A DNA stretch of 64,000 nt from Eledone cirrhosa. Taxonomy: Eukaryota. Positions 13,633-29,559 of the stretch are shown one piece after another. The stretch covers positions 4,650,001 through 4,714,000 of the forward strand of contig OZ024762.1 of the NCBI GenBank assembly GCA_964016885.1, read 5' to 3'. Both the position numbers and the translations under genes were made by a program. Below the pieces are notes generated by a model. That model was not told where the DNA came from. It saw only the letters and a program-made list of their open reading frames with translations, and made no database searches. Within the stretch, counting starts at the first letter, position 1. Each line of letters starts with the position of its first letter.

Positions 13633-13682
13633 AAATAAAATAAAATAAAATAAATAAGTCAAATGTTTAAAATTTGGCTTCG

Positions 13683-13748
13683 TTTATTACTGCTATATAT
13701 ATTTCGGTGACAGCCATCTTTGGTTGTGACTTCTTCAGGAGTATTAGC
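13683..13748 (-). ncRNA. Hammerhead-like motif
   Basis: Minus strand CTGAAGA (13738-13732), stem ACAACC..GGCTGT, GAAA-TATATA-TA. Confidence 0.5.
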
Positions 13749-13755
13749 AAAAGAG

Positions 13756-13945
13756 CGGTGGATTGGCAGTATCGGTAGAGATTCGGACGCCATGCTTTGC
13801 AGCATAGAGTTATGGCTCTTTACATTCTGAGTTCAAATCCCGCCGAGGTTAACTTTGCCTTTCATCTTTACGGGGTCGATAAAATAAAGTACCAGTAATG
13901 CACTGGGATAATAGCTGTCCTTGTGCTAAAAGTAGAAACAATTAT
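13756..13945 (+). mobile_element. Full-length SINE S1 copy
   Basis: GCGGTGGATTGGCAGTATCGG through GTAGAAACAATTATTA. Confidence 0.85.
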
Positions 13946-14762
13946 TATTAAATGAAAAACTCTGGAGAAAGATCTGAGAAACACTTGGAGAATTTCCTCA
14001 GCCGCAGATTAAGATGAAAGGGAAGTATTGCAACTGTCAGGTATGTGATGAATATGATAAATAAACTGGGTTGAAGAAGATGGAGAGAAGAAGAGAGAGA
14101 GAAGAGGAGAGAGAAGAGTGAGGAGTGAGAAGAGGGAAGAAGAGAGAGGAGAAGAGGGAGGAGAAGAAGATGGAGAGAAGAGGAGAGAGAAGAGTGAGGA
14201 GTGAGAAGAGGGAAGAAGAGAGAGGAGAAGAGGGAGGAGAAGAAGAGAGAAGAAGAAGAAGAAGAAGAAGAAGAAGAAGAAGAAGAAGAAGAAGAAAGAA
14301 GAAAGAAGATATATTCTTAGATTGTATTTATTTGTTTGGTTGTTTGTTTTGTCCTTTGTTATATTCTGAGGAAGCAGGTTATATATTTTAGGAGGGAGTT
14401 TGATAAAAAGGACTCCCATCTCTCTATCAAAGGTATATAAAGGTTGCTGTCTTAAAAGGTTTCGATATACCTGAAGGGTAAATTGATAAGGAGAAGAAGA
14501 AGAAGAAGAAGAAGAAGAAGAAGAATAGAAAAGATTTTTTTTAAAAAAGAAAGAAAGAAAGAAAAAAAAGAAAGAAAAAAAAGAAAGAAAAATGCGGGAA
14601 TTACAAGGAAAGGTTGTTGTATCTTCTTATATTCCATAGCTCAGGTGTTACAATAGGTGTTGCAGGTGTTAATAGATAAAATATGTCTCCTTCCTTGAAG
14701 CAACAGGTCGAGCAACGAACGTCCTCTGGTGACTTCATACGTGTGTACTGTGTAGTTGTAAA

Positions 14763-14915
14763 GGGCGGCAACATTGGTGTTAGAACCTCGGATAGAATAC
14801 TTGGCCGTATTCGTTTTATCTCTCTACTCTCTGAGTTCAAAATCCCGCCGAGGTCAATTTGACCTTTCACCCTTTCGAGGTCGATAAATAAAGTACCAGT
14901 CTAATACTGGAATCG
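14763..14915 (+). mobile_element. Related tRNA-SINE subfamily; reverse copy at ~39828-39990
   Basis: B-box GAGTTCAAAATCCC and TTTCACCCTTTCGAGGTCGATAAATAAAGTACCAG. Confidence 0.7.
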
Positions 14916-14989
14916 ATTCTTCCGCTATATTTCTTTCTCACTTCCATTCTTTCTCTCTCATTCTCTCTCTCTCTCTCACGCTCTCTCTC

Positions 14990-15029
<40 letters not shown>

Positions 15030-15739
15030 TCTCTCTGTCTCTCTCCCTCTCTCTTTCACTCACCCTCTCTCTCTCTCTCTCTCACCCTCCATCTCTCTCT
15101 CTCTCTCTCTCTCCCTCCTTCTCTGGAAGAAATCAACTGTGTTCAGACCTGGAGGGGAGATGGGCTCCGCCAGGTTTTAAAATGTGCCCTAGAAACACCG
15201 TATTTCAATATGGCGCCCCTACGACTCCCTCGGGAGTCACGGGACTATGCATGCTAGTTGTGGACGGCACATGGTTAAGTCCGCTTTGCAATCAGAATGT
15301 CCCCACATACACACACCGCATCATCCCACCACCACCACCACCACCACCACCACAGCATCACCACCACATCACTATATCTCACGTCCCCCCTCCCCCCACA
15401 TATACACACCGCATCACCCCACAACTACCATCACCACCACCACATCACAACCCCCACCACAGCATCACCACCACATCACCTCACCACCACCACCACAACC
15501 ACCACATCACTACCATATAAACCCCACCACCCCCAGTGCATCATCTCCACCACACCACCATCATTTATGTATTTTGTAACAAGACGCCATGTTATGTGTT
15601 TGGAGGGAGTTTGGTAAAACGAGTGCGAGAGAAACTGCCTGAAAGTCTGTTAACTTGAAAACGATGATGAATAATTTCCAGAATTTGCTTTGATGGTTAA
15701 TTAGCACTTGATAATAACTACAGGTGTTTGAAGGAGAAG

Positions 15740-15756
15740 GCATGATGATGATGATG

Positions 15757-15833
<77 letters not shown>

Positions 15834-16143
15834 TGTTTCTACTTTAGGCACAAGGCCAGCAATTACCCAGTGCATTACTGCTACTTTATTTTATCGACCT
15901 CGTAAGGATGAAAGGCAAAGTCAACCTCGGCGGGATTTGAATAATAATAATAATAATAATGATTTCTTTATTAACCACAAGGGTTTACATAAAGTAGACA
16001 TTAAGGACAGTACAGGACAAAACAGGACGGTACAAATAATATTAATAATAATAATTGTTTCTACATTAGGCACAAGGCCAGTAATTACCCAGTGCATTAC
16101 TGGTACTTTATTTTATCGACCCCGTAAGGATGAAAGGCGGGAT

Positions 16144-16198
<55 letters not shown>

Positions 16199-16236
16199 TA
16201 ACTAACATCAATGACTGAGACTCAAGGAGTAATAAC

Positions 16237-16300
<64 letters not shown>
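15740..16300 (-). mobile_element. Two truncated S1 SINE 3' ends with expanded (AAT)n tails
   Basis: Reverse SINE tails at 15833-15940 and 16055-16145 embedded in (TAA)n runs. Confidence 0.8.
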
Positions 16301-16837
16301 CCATATGAAGAAAAAATGTATTTAATTAACTATTCATATTAGCGTAACGAAGAGGAAATATGTATTAACTTTCGTTTCTACCTAACAGCAATAAAGACTT
16401 AATTAGCGGAATTCTATTTAAAGGGGAACATTTTCATCATACATCGTCGTCTTCTTTCTGAACAATTTCCCTCGTCGTCGGTTTTTAATTTCCAACAAAA
16501 TTACTTACGTAACCCAAACTAGATTGACATGATTTCAGATCAAACTGAATATGGACATCGCTTTGTAGGATACAACCTGTTACTGGTACCATGTGACCCA
16601 GTATGCTACTGGTACGATGTAACCCAATTCAACCTGTTACAGGTACCATGTGACCCAGTACAACCTGCTACAGGTACCATGTAACCCAGTAGAACCTGCT
16701 TCATGGTTGAAGTGCTCGGCCACTAAACTCGTCTCCCCCATTAGACCCTGGACTACATAAGCTGTAGCTTAACACCACACATCCTCGGGGCCACGTTTAT
16801 ATAATTATATTAGTTTTTATTCTTTAACACTAAATCA

Positions 16838-16918
<81 letters not shown>

Positions 16919-17155
16919 ATGATATTAATAAATGGAAACTATATTTATAAAACCATATTTATTCTGTTATATATATTTCAAGGGTACCAAAACTTTGGTA
17001 CGCTCTCATCAGATAAAATACAAAGTTTGTTTTATAAATATTGACATATCTAGGAATGAGACCTTGGCGGTTCAAGTTTTACCTGGATAGTTTGCTTTGA
17101 ATCAGTTATAAATATATATATTTGTTGAATTACCAACAAATTAAATACCCCTTTG

Positions 17156-17192
<37 letters not shown>

Positions 17193-17335
17193 GGAGGGTG
17201 TATTACCAAAATTAGATTAAAGATGCCATGTCTGAGAATATCAGAAACATATGCCATACCCCCTGTGGAATAAACTCAAAAATTCCAAGTAATAAATGCG
17301 AGCATTTATTAACATTAAATTAAAAGTCAAATGAC

Positions 17336-17415
<80 letters not shown>

Positions 17416-17737
17416 GATATTAAATAAATGGAAACTATATTTATAAAACCATATTTATTTCATTATATATATTTCAGGGATATCACATTAAAAATATGGT
17501 ATGCCTTCTTCATATATATATATGTTTCTTTATTAGCCACAGGGGCACAAAAGAAGGGGACAAATACAAAGGGGGAAGTTTACATACAATAAAAACGTGT
17601 AAAATGTTATCACAAATGCAATTTAAAAAATTAGTCGATTTTCCCCAATAGGGGGAGACAGTTCATATGGGTAATACATACCCCCGAAAAAATGTGCAAC
17701 CCTCATCTCCAGGAGTACGAAGAGTTTGTACTCCTTT

Positions 17738-17784
<47 letters not shown>

Positions 17785-17959
17785 AACATAATCAAACAAT
17801 TACAGGGGATAATTTGTAAAGAGTGTAACCACACATTAAATAAAGGTAACACATTAAATATTAACAAGAACCTTGAAGATACCTTGCAATGATAATTTAT
17901 CTCCTCTGTATATATTCCATTGAAGAAATATATTTCACCATTAATCGGTGAATCGTAAA

Positions 17960-18352
17960 TGTCAAATCTTGGATCATCGGCAAACGAGATTTAACTATCT
18001 ATGATCACACGCTAAAAGCAAATCAGGGAATATCACTCAAAAACACGTGAGCGTAACATCGTGTCATCTCCATACATTTGCTGCAGCAATCCCAGTGCTC
18101 CTGACGGAGTTTTCCCCAACTGTACCAGAAACTTCAAGTTTGTTCGTTGCTCTGTGCTCATTGCTTGACGACCTGAAATAGAGGACATGGATATAAGATT
18201 ATGAAGAAAAAATTTTGATCGCTGCAGAGAGCTAAGATTACAGTTACATACTCCAGGGGGATTACTTTGAAGGAGAAAACTCTTAGTGTGAAGTTTGGGT
18301 TTGAAATAAATCTTTTGTGACATCAGTCCTGGAACTTTTCTGACACACCTCG
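17960..18352 (-). mobile_element. 5' end of a mariner transposon (TIR plus transposase N-terminus, pseudogenised)
   Basis: TA|CGAGGTGTGTCAGAAAAGTTCCAGGACT TIR at 18352, then MSTEQRTNLKFLVQLGKTPSGALGLLQQMYGDDTMLRSRVFE* (mariner HTH, conserved W replaced by a stop). Confidence 0.85.
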
Positions 18353-18459
18353 TATATATATATATATGTGTATATATGTATGTATATATATACATACATA
18401 TATATATATGTGTGTGTATGTATATACATATATATATGTATGTATGTATACATACATAT

Positions 18460-18610
18460 ATGGTGGCTGCCAACTCGTTTTCGAGTACGGCCACTACTTT
18501 ATATCCATATAGGAGAACCCCTACCGATGCGCTGAACGAGTGTGACTTTTTAGTCCAGCCAGCGACTTGAAAACTCTGGTACAAACACTACACTTGTGAC
18601 AATTATTGAC
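18460..18610 (-). mobile_element. RTE-type LINE 3' end with C2H2 finger remnant
   Basis: HKCSVCTRVFKSLAGLKSHTRSAHR* followed by a short 3'UTR ending in microsatellite. Confidence 0.6.
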
Positions 18611-18815
18611 ACATATTATTGACACATGTATACATACATATATATATGTATATATACATACATATATATATGTGTGTATATATACATACATATGTATGTG
18701 TGTGTATGTATATACATATATATGTGTATGTAGGAGGTGAGTTTTATTGTAGTACAATAAAGCAATGCAGATATCGGATAAGAAGCACTCTACAGTTTGT
18801 AGGACTGGAGTATGC

Positions 18816-19143
18816 ATAATATAAGATCAAAAGATGGTTAAAGGAGTTCCATGTATTTTATTATGCGTATTTCAAAAACAAACATCATCATGCAATAATA
18901 TTTGTGTTTTCATCAGATAAAACAGGAGAACATGATATGAAGGCTAAAAAACACTTGTCGATAGTGCAGTTGATATGTTGATTTAAAACTGCACTATCCA
19001 CAAGTGTTTTTTAGCCTTCATATCATGTTCTCCTCTTTTATCTGATGAAAACACAAATATTATTGCATGATGATGTTTGTTTTTGAAATGCGCATAATAA
19101 AATACATGGAACTCCTTTAACCATCTTTTGATCTTATATTATA
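18816..19143. mobile_element. Inverted pair (~160-bp arms) of Penelope-like family B2, each arm with a hammerhead motif
   Basis: 18816-18970 is the reverse complement of 18988-19143; CTGATGA at 19042-19048 (+) and 18916-18910 (-); GAAA-TGCGCA-TA. Confidence 0.75.
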
Positions 19144-19179
19144 TATGTGTATGTATATATACATACATTCATACATACA

Positions 19180-21077
<1,898 letters not shown>

Positions 21078-21293
21078 ATTCTACAGGACTAGAACTGTTT
21101 CATTCTGGAGAAATCAGGAAACCCTAATGATTTCTCCCGAATGAAGCATTTCTAGTTCTGTAGAAGTCATTTCTATATTAAATATTTACACTCTGCTATG
21201 TATTGACTACCGTACTTACTGTGGTTACCCGGGATAAATGTATATGTGAGTGTGTGTGGGGGGGGGGGTACGTGTGCATACTTACACACACAC

Positions 21294-21343
<50 letters not shown>

Positions 21344-21489
21344 GCAGAATATATAATGTGTATATATATATATATATATATGTATGTACATATGCATGTA
21401 TATATATATATATAAATATACATATGCATATTTATCTATGTACATATGCATGTGTTTATATATATGTGTTTATATATATATATATGTGT

Positions 21490-21557
<68 letters not shown>

Positions 21558-22122
21558 GATATTAAACAAATGGAAAGTATATTTATAAACCATATTTATT
21601 TCATTATACATATTTCGGGGATACCATATTAAAAATATGGCATGCCTTCGTCAGATAAAATACAATATATAAACAGTTTTATAAATAATGTTGACGTACC
21701 ATAAATATGAGCGACCATTATGTAGGAAGCTGGTTTGGTAGTGAAGTGTGTATAAATATTTAGTGTTAAGCACAGTTATAAAGAAAGACGGAGAAAAAGA
21801 AGGAATGTATGTAAAGAAAAACAGAGAGAAATAGAGAGAGATAGGGGAGAGAGAAATAAGGAGGAGGTGAAAAAAGAAAGGCAACCGAAGGCAACAGATG
21901 AATAATAATAATTCATCATACAAATTGAGAGATTTAAGAGGGAGGGAGTACGGTAATTATTTAGTTATAGTGTTAAGGACAGTTATCCGGGATCCTGGAT
22001 AACAAGGTGTCGAGATGTTTCTTGAAGACATCCATCTCCACGTCATGCAAATCTCTCATGTATATATATATACATGTATATATATACATGTATATATATA
22101 CATGTATATATAACTATATATA

Positions 22123-23108
22123 TAGCATCACTCATTCATAGGCTGACCAAGATACTCTCATGGAATGACCAAATGAGGTTTATTTTTCAACATGCAAGAT
22201 TGCACAGCTCTAGCATCACTCCTTCATAGGCTGACCAAGATACTCTCATGGAATGACCAAATGAGGTTTATTTTTCAACATGCAAGATTTCACAGCTCTA
22301 GCATCACTCCTTCATAGGCTGACCAAGATACTCTCATGGAATGACCAAATGAGGTTTATTTTTCAACATGCAAGATTTCACAGCTCTAGCATCACTCCTT
22401 CATAGGCTGACCAAGATACTCTCATGGAATGACCAAATGAGGTTTATTTTTCAACATGCAAGATTGCACAGCTCTAGCATCACTCCTTCATAGGCTGACC
22501 AAGATACTCTCATGGAATGACCAAATGAGGTTTATTTTTCAACATGCAAGATTGCATAGCTCTAGCATCACTCCTTCATAGGCTGACCAAGATACTCTCA
22601 TGGAATGACCAAATGAGGTATATTTTTCAACATGCAAGATTGCACAGCTCTAGCATCACTCCTTCATAGGCTGACCAAGATACTCTCATGGAATGACCAA
22701 ATGAGGTTTATTTTTCAACATGCAAGATTTCACAGCTCTAGCATCACTCCTTCATAGGCTGACCAAGATACTCTCATGGAATGACCAAATGATGTTTATT
22801 TTTCAACATGCAAGATTGCACAGCTCTAGCATCACTCCTTCATAGGCTGACCAAGATACTCTCATGGAATGACCAAATGAGGTTTATTTTTCAACATGCA
22901 AGATTGCACAGTCCTAGCATCACTCCTTCATAGGCTGACCAAGATACTCTCATGGAATGACCAAATGTGGTTTATTTTTCAACATGCAAGATTTCGCAGC
23001 ACTAGCATCACTCTTTCATAAGCTGACCAAGATGCTCTCATGGAATGATCAAATGAGGTATATTTTTCAACATGCAAGATTGCACAGCCTTAGCATCACT
23101 CCTTCATA
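22123..23108 (+). repeat. 88-bp tandem array A1 (~11 units + 18 bp)
   Basis: Unit TAGCATCACTCCTTCATAGGCTGACCAAGATACTCTCATGGAATGACCAAATGAGGTTTATTTTTCAACATGCAAGATT(G/T)CACAGCTC. Confidence 0.97.
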
Positions 23109-23689
23109 GTGAGCCTATGAACTTTTAAGCCTACCTTATATGCAAATAATGTAAGTATATACAAATAATTACTAAGAAATTCGAAATAATTTTTGCACCC
23201 ATTTTTGCGATTAAGTAAAGACGGAGTTATCGTTCTTCAGATTTCGGCTCGGAGAAATTTAAGGAACTGATGTCGCTAAATCGCCAAATCATTTACCTGC
23301 CCCGTTGCATCATGGGAGGGTAATGGCTGCCTTTTATTTTTTAAACGATGGCAGATTCTTTAGTTTCTCTCGCAACATCTTGTTCCTTGTTTCATGTAAG
23401 TAAATAATTAAAACATTTTGGCGAGAAAGATATTAAAAAGACTGCCATGGTTTTCGAAAAATAAAAGGCAGCCATTACCCTCCCATGAGGCAACGGGGCA
23501 AGTAAATGATTTGGCGATTTAGCGACATCAGTTCCTCAAATTTCCTAGAGCCGAAATCTCAAGAACGATAACTCCGTCTTTACTTAATCGCAAAAATGGG
23601 TGCAAAAATTATTTCGAATTTCTTAGTAATTATTTGTATATACTTACATTACTTGCATATAAGGTAGGCTTAAAAGTTCATAGGCTCAC
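23109..23689. mobile_element. 581-bp palindromic MITE-like core, copy 1
   Basis: ~230-bp inverted arms GTGAGCCTATGAAC... / ...GTTCATAGGCTCAC around a ~115-bp weakly symmetric centre. Confidence 0.85.
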
Positions 23690-26082
23690 TATGAAAGAGT
23701 GATGCTAAGGCTGTGCAATCTTGCATGTTGAAAAATAAACCTCATTTGGTCATTCCATGAGAGTATCTTGGTCAGCCTATGAAGGAGTGATGCTAGAGCT
23801 GTGCAATCTTGCATGTTTAAAAATATACCTCATTTGGTCATTCCATGAGAGTATCTTGGTCAGCCTATGAAGGAGTGATGCTAGAGCTATGCAATCTTGC
23901 ATGTTGAAAAATAAACCTCATTTGGTCATTCCATGAGAGTATCTTGGTCAGCCTATGAAGGAGTGATGCTAGAGCTGTGCAATCTTTCATGTTAAAAATA
24001 AACATCATTTGGTCATTCCATGAGAGTATCTTGGTCAGCCTATGAAGGAGTGATGCTAGAGCTGTGCAATCTTGCATGTTGAAAAATATACCTCATTTGG
24101 TCATTCCATGAGAGTATCTTGGTCAGCCTATGAAGGAGTGATGCTAGAGCTATGCAATCTTGCATGTTGAAAAATAAACCTCATTTGGTCATTCCATGAG
24201 AGTATCTTGGTCAGCCTATGAAGGAGTGATGCTAGAGCTGTGCAATCTTTCATGTTGAAAAATAAACCTCATTTGGTCATTCCATGAGAGTATCTTGGTC
24301 AGCCTATGAAGGAGTGATGCTAGGACTGTGAAATCTTGCATGTTGAAAAATAAACCTCATTTGGTCATTCCATGAGAGTATCTTGGTCAGCCTATGAAGG
24401 AGTGATGCTAGAGCTGTGCAATCTTGCATGTTGAAAAATATACCTCATTTGGTCATTCCATGAGAGTATCTTGGTCAGCCTATGAAGGAGTGATGCTAGA
24501 GCTGTGCAATGTTGCATGTTGAAAAATATACCTCATTTGGTCATTCCATGAGAGTATCTTGGTCAGCCTATGAAGGAGTGATGCTAGAGCTATGCAATCT
24601 TGCATGTTGAAAAATAAACCTCATTTGGTCATTCCATGAGAGTATCTTGGTCAGCCTATGAAGGAGTGATGCTAGAGCTGTGAAATCTTGCATGTTGAAA
24701 AATAAACCTCATTTGGTCATTCCATGAGAGTATCTTGGTCAGCCTATGAAGGAGTGATGCTAGAGCTGTGAAATCTTGCATGGTGAAAAATAAACCTCAT
24801 TTGGTCATTCCATGAGAGTATCTTGGTCAGCCTATGAAGGAGTGATGCTAGAGCTGTGAAATCTTGCATGTTGAAAAATAAACCTCATTTGGTCATTCCA
24901 TGAGAGTATCTTGGTCAGCCTATGAAGGAGTGATGCTAGAGCTGTGCAATCTTTCATGTTGAAAAATAAACATCATTTGGTCATTCCATGAGAGTATCTT
25001 GGTCAGACTATGAAGGAGTGATGCTAGAGCTGTGCAATCTTGCATGTTGAAAAATATACCTCATTTGGTCATTCCATGAGAGTATCTTGGTCAGCCTATG
25101 AAGGAGTGATGCTAGAGCTGTGCAATCTTGCATGTTGAAAAATAAACCTCATTTGGTCATTCCATGAGAGTATCTTGGTCAACCTATGAAGGAGTGATGC
25201 TATGGCTGTGAAATCTTGCATGTTGATAAATAAACCTCATTTGGTCATTCCATGAGAGTATCTTGGTCAGCCTATGAAGGAGTGATGCTAGAGCTGTTAA
25301 ATCTTGCATGTTGAAAAATAAACCTCATTTGGTCATTCCATGAGAGTATCTTGGTCAGCCTATGAAGGAGTGATGCTAGAACTGTGCAATCTTTCATGTT
25401 GAAAAATAAACATCATTTGGTCATTCCATGAGAGTATGTTGGTCAGCCTATGAAGGAGTGATGCTAGAGCTGTGAAATCTTGCATGTTGAAAAATAAACC
25501 TCATTTGGTCATTCCATGAGAGTATCTTGGTCAGCCTATGAAGGAGTGATGCTATGGCTGTGAAATCTTGCATTTTGAAAAATAAACCTCATTTGGTCAT
25601 TCCATGAGAGTATCTTGGTCAGCCTATGAAGGAGTGATGCTAGAGCTGTGCAATCTTGCATGTTGAAAAATAAACCTCATTTGGTCATTCCATGAGAGTA
25701 TCTTGGTCAGCCTATGAAGGATTGATCCTAGAGCTGTGCAATCTTGCATGTTGAAAAATAAACCTCATTTGGTCATTCCATGAGAGTATCTTGGTCAGCC
25801 TATGAAGTAGTGATGCTAGAGCTGTGAAATCTTGCATGTTGAAAAATAAACCTCATTTGGTCATTCCATGAGAGTATCTTGGTCAGCCTATGAAGGATTG
25901 ATCCTAGAGCTGTGAAATCTTGCATGTTGAAAAATAAACCTCATTTGGTCATTCCATGAGAGTATCTTGGTCAGCCTATGGAGGAGTGATGCTAGAGCTG
26001 TGCAATCTTGCATATTGAAAAATAAACCTCATTTGGTCATTCCATGAGAGTATCTTGGTCAGCCTATCAAAGAGTGATGCTA
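23690..26082 (-). repeat. 88-bp tandem array A2, inverted (~27 units)
   Basis: Reverse complement of the A1 unit. Confidence 0.97.
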
Positions 26083-26194
26083 TATATATATATATATATA
26101 TAGTTATATATACATGTATATATATATACATGTATATATATATACATGTATATATATACATGTATATATATACATGTATATATAACTATATATA

Positions 26195-26916
26195 TAGCAT
26201 CACTTCTTCATAGGCTGACCAAGATACTTTCATGGAATGACCAAATGAGGTTTATTTTTCAACATGCAAGATTTCACAGCTCTAGCATCACTCCTTCATA
26301 AGCTGACCAAGATACTCTCATGGAATGACCAAATGAGGTTTATTTTTCAACATGCAAGATTGCACAGCTCTAGCATCACTCTTTCATAGGCTGACCAAGA
26401 TACTCTCATGGAATGACCAAATGAGGTTTATTTTTCAACATGCAAGATTTCACAGCTCTAGCATCACTCCTTCATAGGCTGACCAAGATACTCTCATGGA
26501 ATGACCAAATGAGGTTTATTTTTCAACATGCAAGATTTCACAGCTCTAGCATCACTCCTTCATAGGCTGACCAAGATACTCTCATGGAATGACCAAATGA
26601 TGTTTATTTTTCAACATGCAAGATTGCACAGCTCTAGCATCACTCCTTCATAGGCTGACCAAGATACTCTCATGGAATGACCAAATGAGGTTTATTTTTC
26701 AACATGCAAGATTGCACAGCTCTAGCATCACTCCTTCATAGGCTGACCAAGATACTCTCATGGAATGACGAAATGAGGTTTATTTTTCAACATGCAAGAT
26801 TTCACAGCTCTAGCATCACTCCTTCATAGGGTGACCAAGATACTGTCATGGAATGACCAAATGAGGTTTATTTTTCAACATGCAAGATTTCACAGCTCTA
26901 GCATCACTCCTTCATA
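26195..26916 (+). repeat. 88-bp tandem array A3 (~8 units)
   Basis: Same unit, forward. Confidence 0.97.
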
Positions 26917-27497
26917 GTGAGCCTATGAACTTTTAAGCCTACCTTATATGCAAACAATGTAAGTATATACAAATAATTACTAAGAAATTCAAAATAATTT
27001 TTGCACCCATTTTTGCGATTAAGTAAAGACGGAGTTATCGTTCTTGAGATTTCGGCTCGGAGAAATTTAAGGAACTGATGTCGCTAAATCGCCAAATCAT
27101 TTACCTGCCCCGTTGCCTCATGGGAGGGTAATGGCTGCCTTTTATTTTTTAAACGATGGCAGATTCTTTAGTTTCTCTCGCAGCATCTTCTTCCTTGTTT
27201 TATATAAGTAAATAATTAAAACATTTTGGCGAGAAAGATATTAAAAAGACTGCCATGGTTTTCGAAAAATAAAAGGCAGCCATTACCCTCCCATGATGCA
27301 ACGGGGCAGGTAAATGATTTGGCGATTTAGCGACATCAGTTCCTCAAATTTCCCAGAGCCGAAATCTCAAGAACGATAACTCCGTCTTTACTTAATCGCA
27401 AAAATGGGTGCAAAAATTATTTCGAATTTCTTAGTAATTATTTGTATATACTTACATTGTTTGCATATAAGGTAGGCTTAAAAGTTCATAGGCTCAC
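26917..27497. mobile_element. 581-bp palindromic core, copy 2
   Basis: Near-identical to copy 1; centre in the same orientation. Confidence 0.85.
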
Positions 27498-29451
27498 TAT
27501 GAAAGAGTGATGCTAGGGCTGTGCAATCTTGCATGTTGAAAAATAAACCTCATTTGGTCATTCCATGAGAGTATCTTGGTCAGCCTATGAAGGAGTGATG
27601 CTAGAGCTGTGAAATCTTGCATGTTGAAAAATAAACCTCATTTGGTCATTCCATGAGAGTATCTTGGTCAGCCTATGAAGGAGTGATGCTAGAGCTGTGA
27701 AATCTTGCATGTTGAAAAATAAACCTCATTTGGTCATTCCATGAGAGTATCTTGGTCAGCCTATGAAGGAGTGGTGCTAGAGCTGTGAAATCTTGCATGT
27801 TGAAAAATAAACCTCATTTGGTCATTCCATGAGAGTATCTTGGTCAGCCTATGAAGGAGTGATGCTAGGACTGTGAAATCTTGCATGTTGAAAAATAAAC
27901 CTCATTTGGTCATTCCATGAGAGTATCTGGGTCAGCCTATGAAGGAGTGATGCTAGAGCTGTGCAATCTTTCACGTTGAAAAATAAACATCATTTGGTCA
28001 TTCCATGAGAGTATCTTGGTCAGCCTATGAAGGAGTGATGCTAGAGCTGTGCAATCTTGCATGTTGAAAAATATACCTCATTTGGTCATTCCATGAGAGT
28101 ATCTTGGTCAGCCTATGAAGAAGTGATGCTAGAGCTGTGAAATCTTGCATCTTGAAAAATAAACCTCATTTGGTCATTCCATGAGAGTATCTTGGTCAGC
28201 CTATGAAGGAGTGATGCTAGAACTGTGCAATCTTTCATGTTGAAAAATAAACATCATTTGGTCATTCCATGAGATTATCTTGGTCAGCCTATGAAGGAGT
28301 GATGCTAGAGCGGTGCAATCTTGCATGTTGAAAAATATACCTCATTTGGTCATTCCATGAGAGTATCTTGGTCAGCCTATGAAGGAGTGATGCTAGAGCT
28401 GTGCAATCTTGCATGTTGAAAAATAAACCTCATTTGGTCATTCCATGAGAGTATCTTGGTCAGCCTATGAAGGAGTGATGCTAGAGCTGTGAAATCTTGC
28501 ATGTTGAAAAATAAACCTCATTTGGTCATTCCATGAGAGTATCTTGGTCAGCCTATGAAGGAGTGATGCTATGGCTGTGAAATCTTGCATGTTGAAAAAT
28601 AAACCTCATTTGGTCATTCCTTGAGAGTATCTTGGTCAGCCTATGAAGGAGTGATGCTAGAGCTGTGAAATCTTGCATGTTGAAAAATAAACCTCATTTG
28701 GTCATTCCATGAGAGTATCTTGGTCAGCCTATGAAGGAGTGATGCTAGAGCTGTGCAATCTTGCATGTCGAAAAATAAACCTCATTTGGTCATTCCATGA
28801 GAGTATCTTGGTCAGCCTATGAAGGAGTGATGCTAGAGCTGTGAAATCTTGCATGTTGAAAAATAAACATCATTTGGTCATTCCATGAGAGTATCTTGGT
28901 CAACCTATGAAGGAGTGATGCTATGGCTGTGAAATCTTGCATGTTGAAAAATAAACCTCATTTGGTCATTCCATGAGAGTATCTTGGTCAGCCTATGAAG
29001 GAGTGATGCTAGAGCTGTGCAATCTTGCATGTTGAAAAATAAACCTCATTTGGTCATTCCATGAGAGTATCTTGGTCAGCCTATGAAGGATTGATCCTAG
29101 AGCTGTGCAATCTTGCATGTTGAAAAATAAACCTCATTTGGTCATTCCATGAGAGCATCTTGGTCAGCCTATGAAGTAGTGATGCTAGAGCTGTGAAATC
29201 TTGCATGTTGAAAAATAAACCTCATTTGGTCATTCCATGAGAGTATCTTGGTCAGCCTATGAAGGAGTGATGCTAGAGCTGTGAAATCTTGCATGTTGAA
29301 AAATTAACCTCATTTGGTCATTCTATAAGAGTATCTTGGTCAGCCTATGAAAGAGTGATCCTAGAGCTGTGAAATCTTGCATGTTGAAAAATAAACCTCA
29401 TTTGATCATTCCATGAGAGTATCTTGGTCAGCCTATGAAAGAGTGATGCTA
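27498..29451 (-). repeat. 88-bp tandem array A4, inverted (~22 units)
   Basis: Same unit, reverse. Confidence 0.97.
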
Positions 29452-29559
29452 TATATATATATATATAGTTATAAATACATGTATATATATATACATGTAT
29501 ATATATATACATGTATATATATACATGTATATATATACATGTATATATAACTATATATA

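Noticed and set aside
13756-13850. tRNA genes at SINE heads (also 44100-44175 and 62497-62560)
   Set aside because: A and B boxes are present, but there is no cloverleaf or acceptor stem and each runs into a multicopy SINE body.
23295-23325. Staf/ZNF143-like site (CTCCCATGATGCAACG) in the core arms
   Set aside because: Only a partial match with several mismatches and no promoter context.
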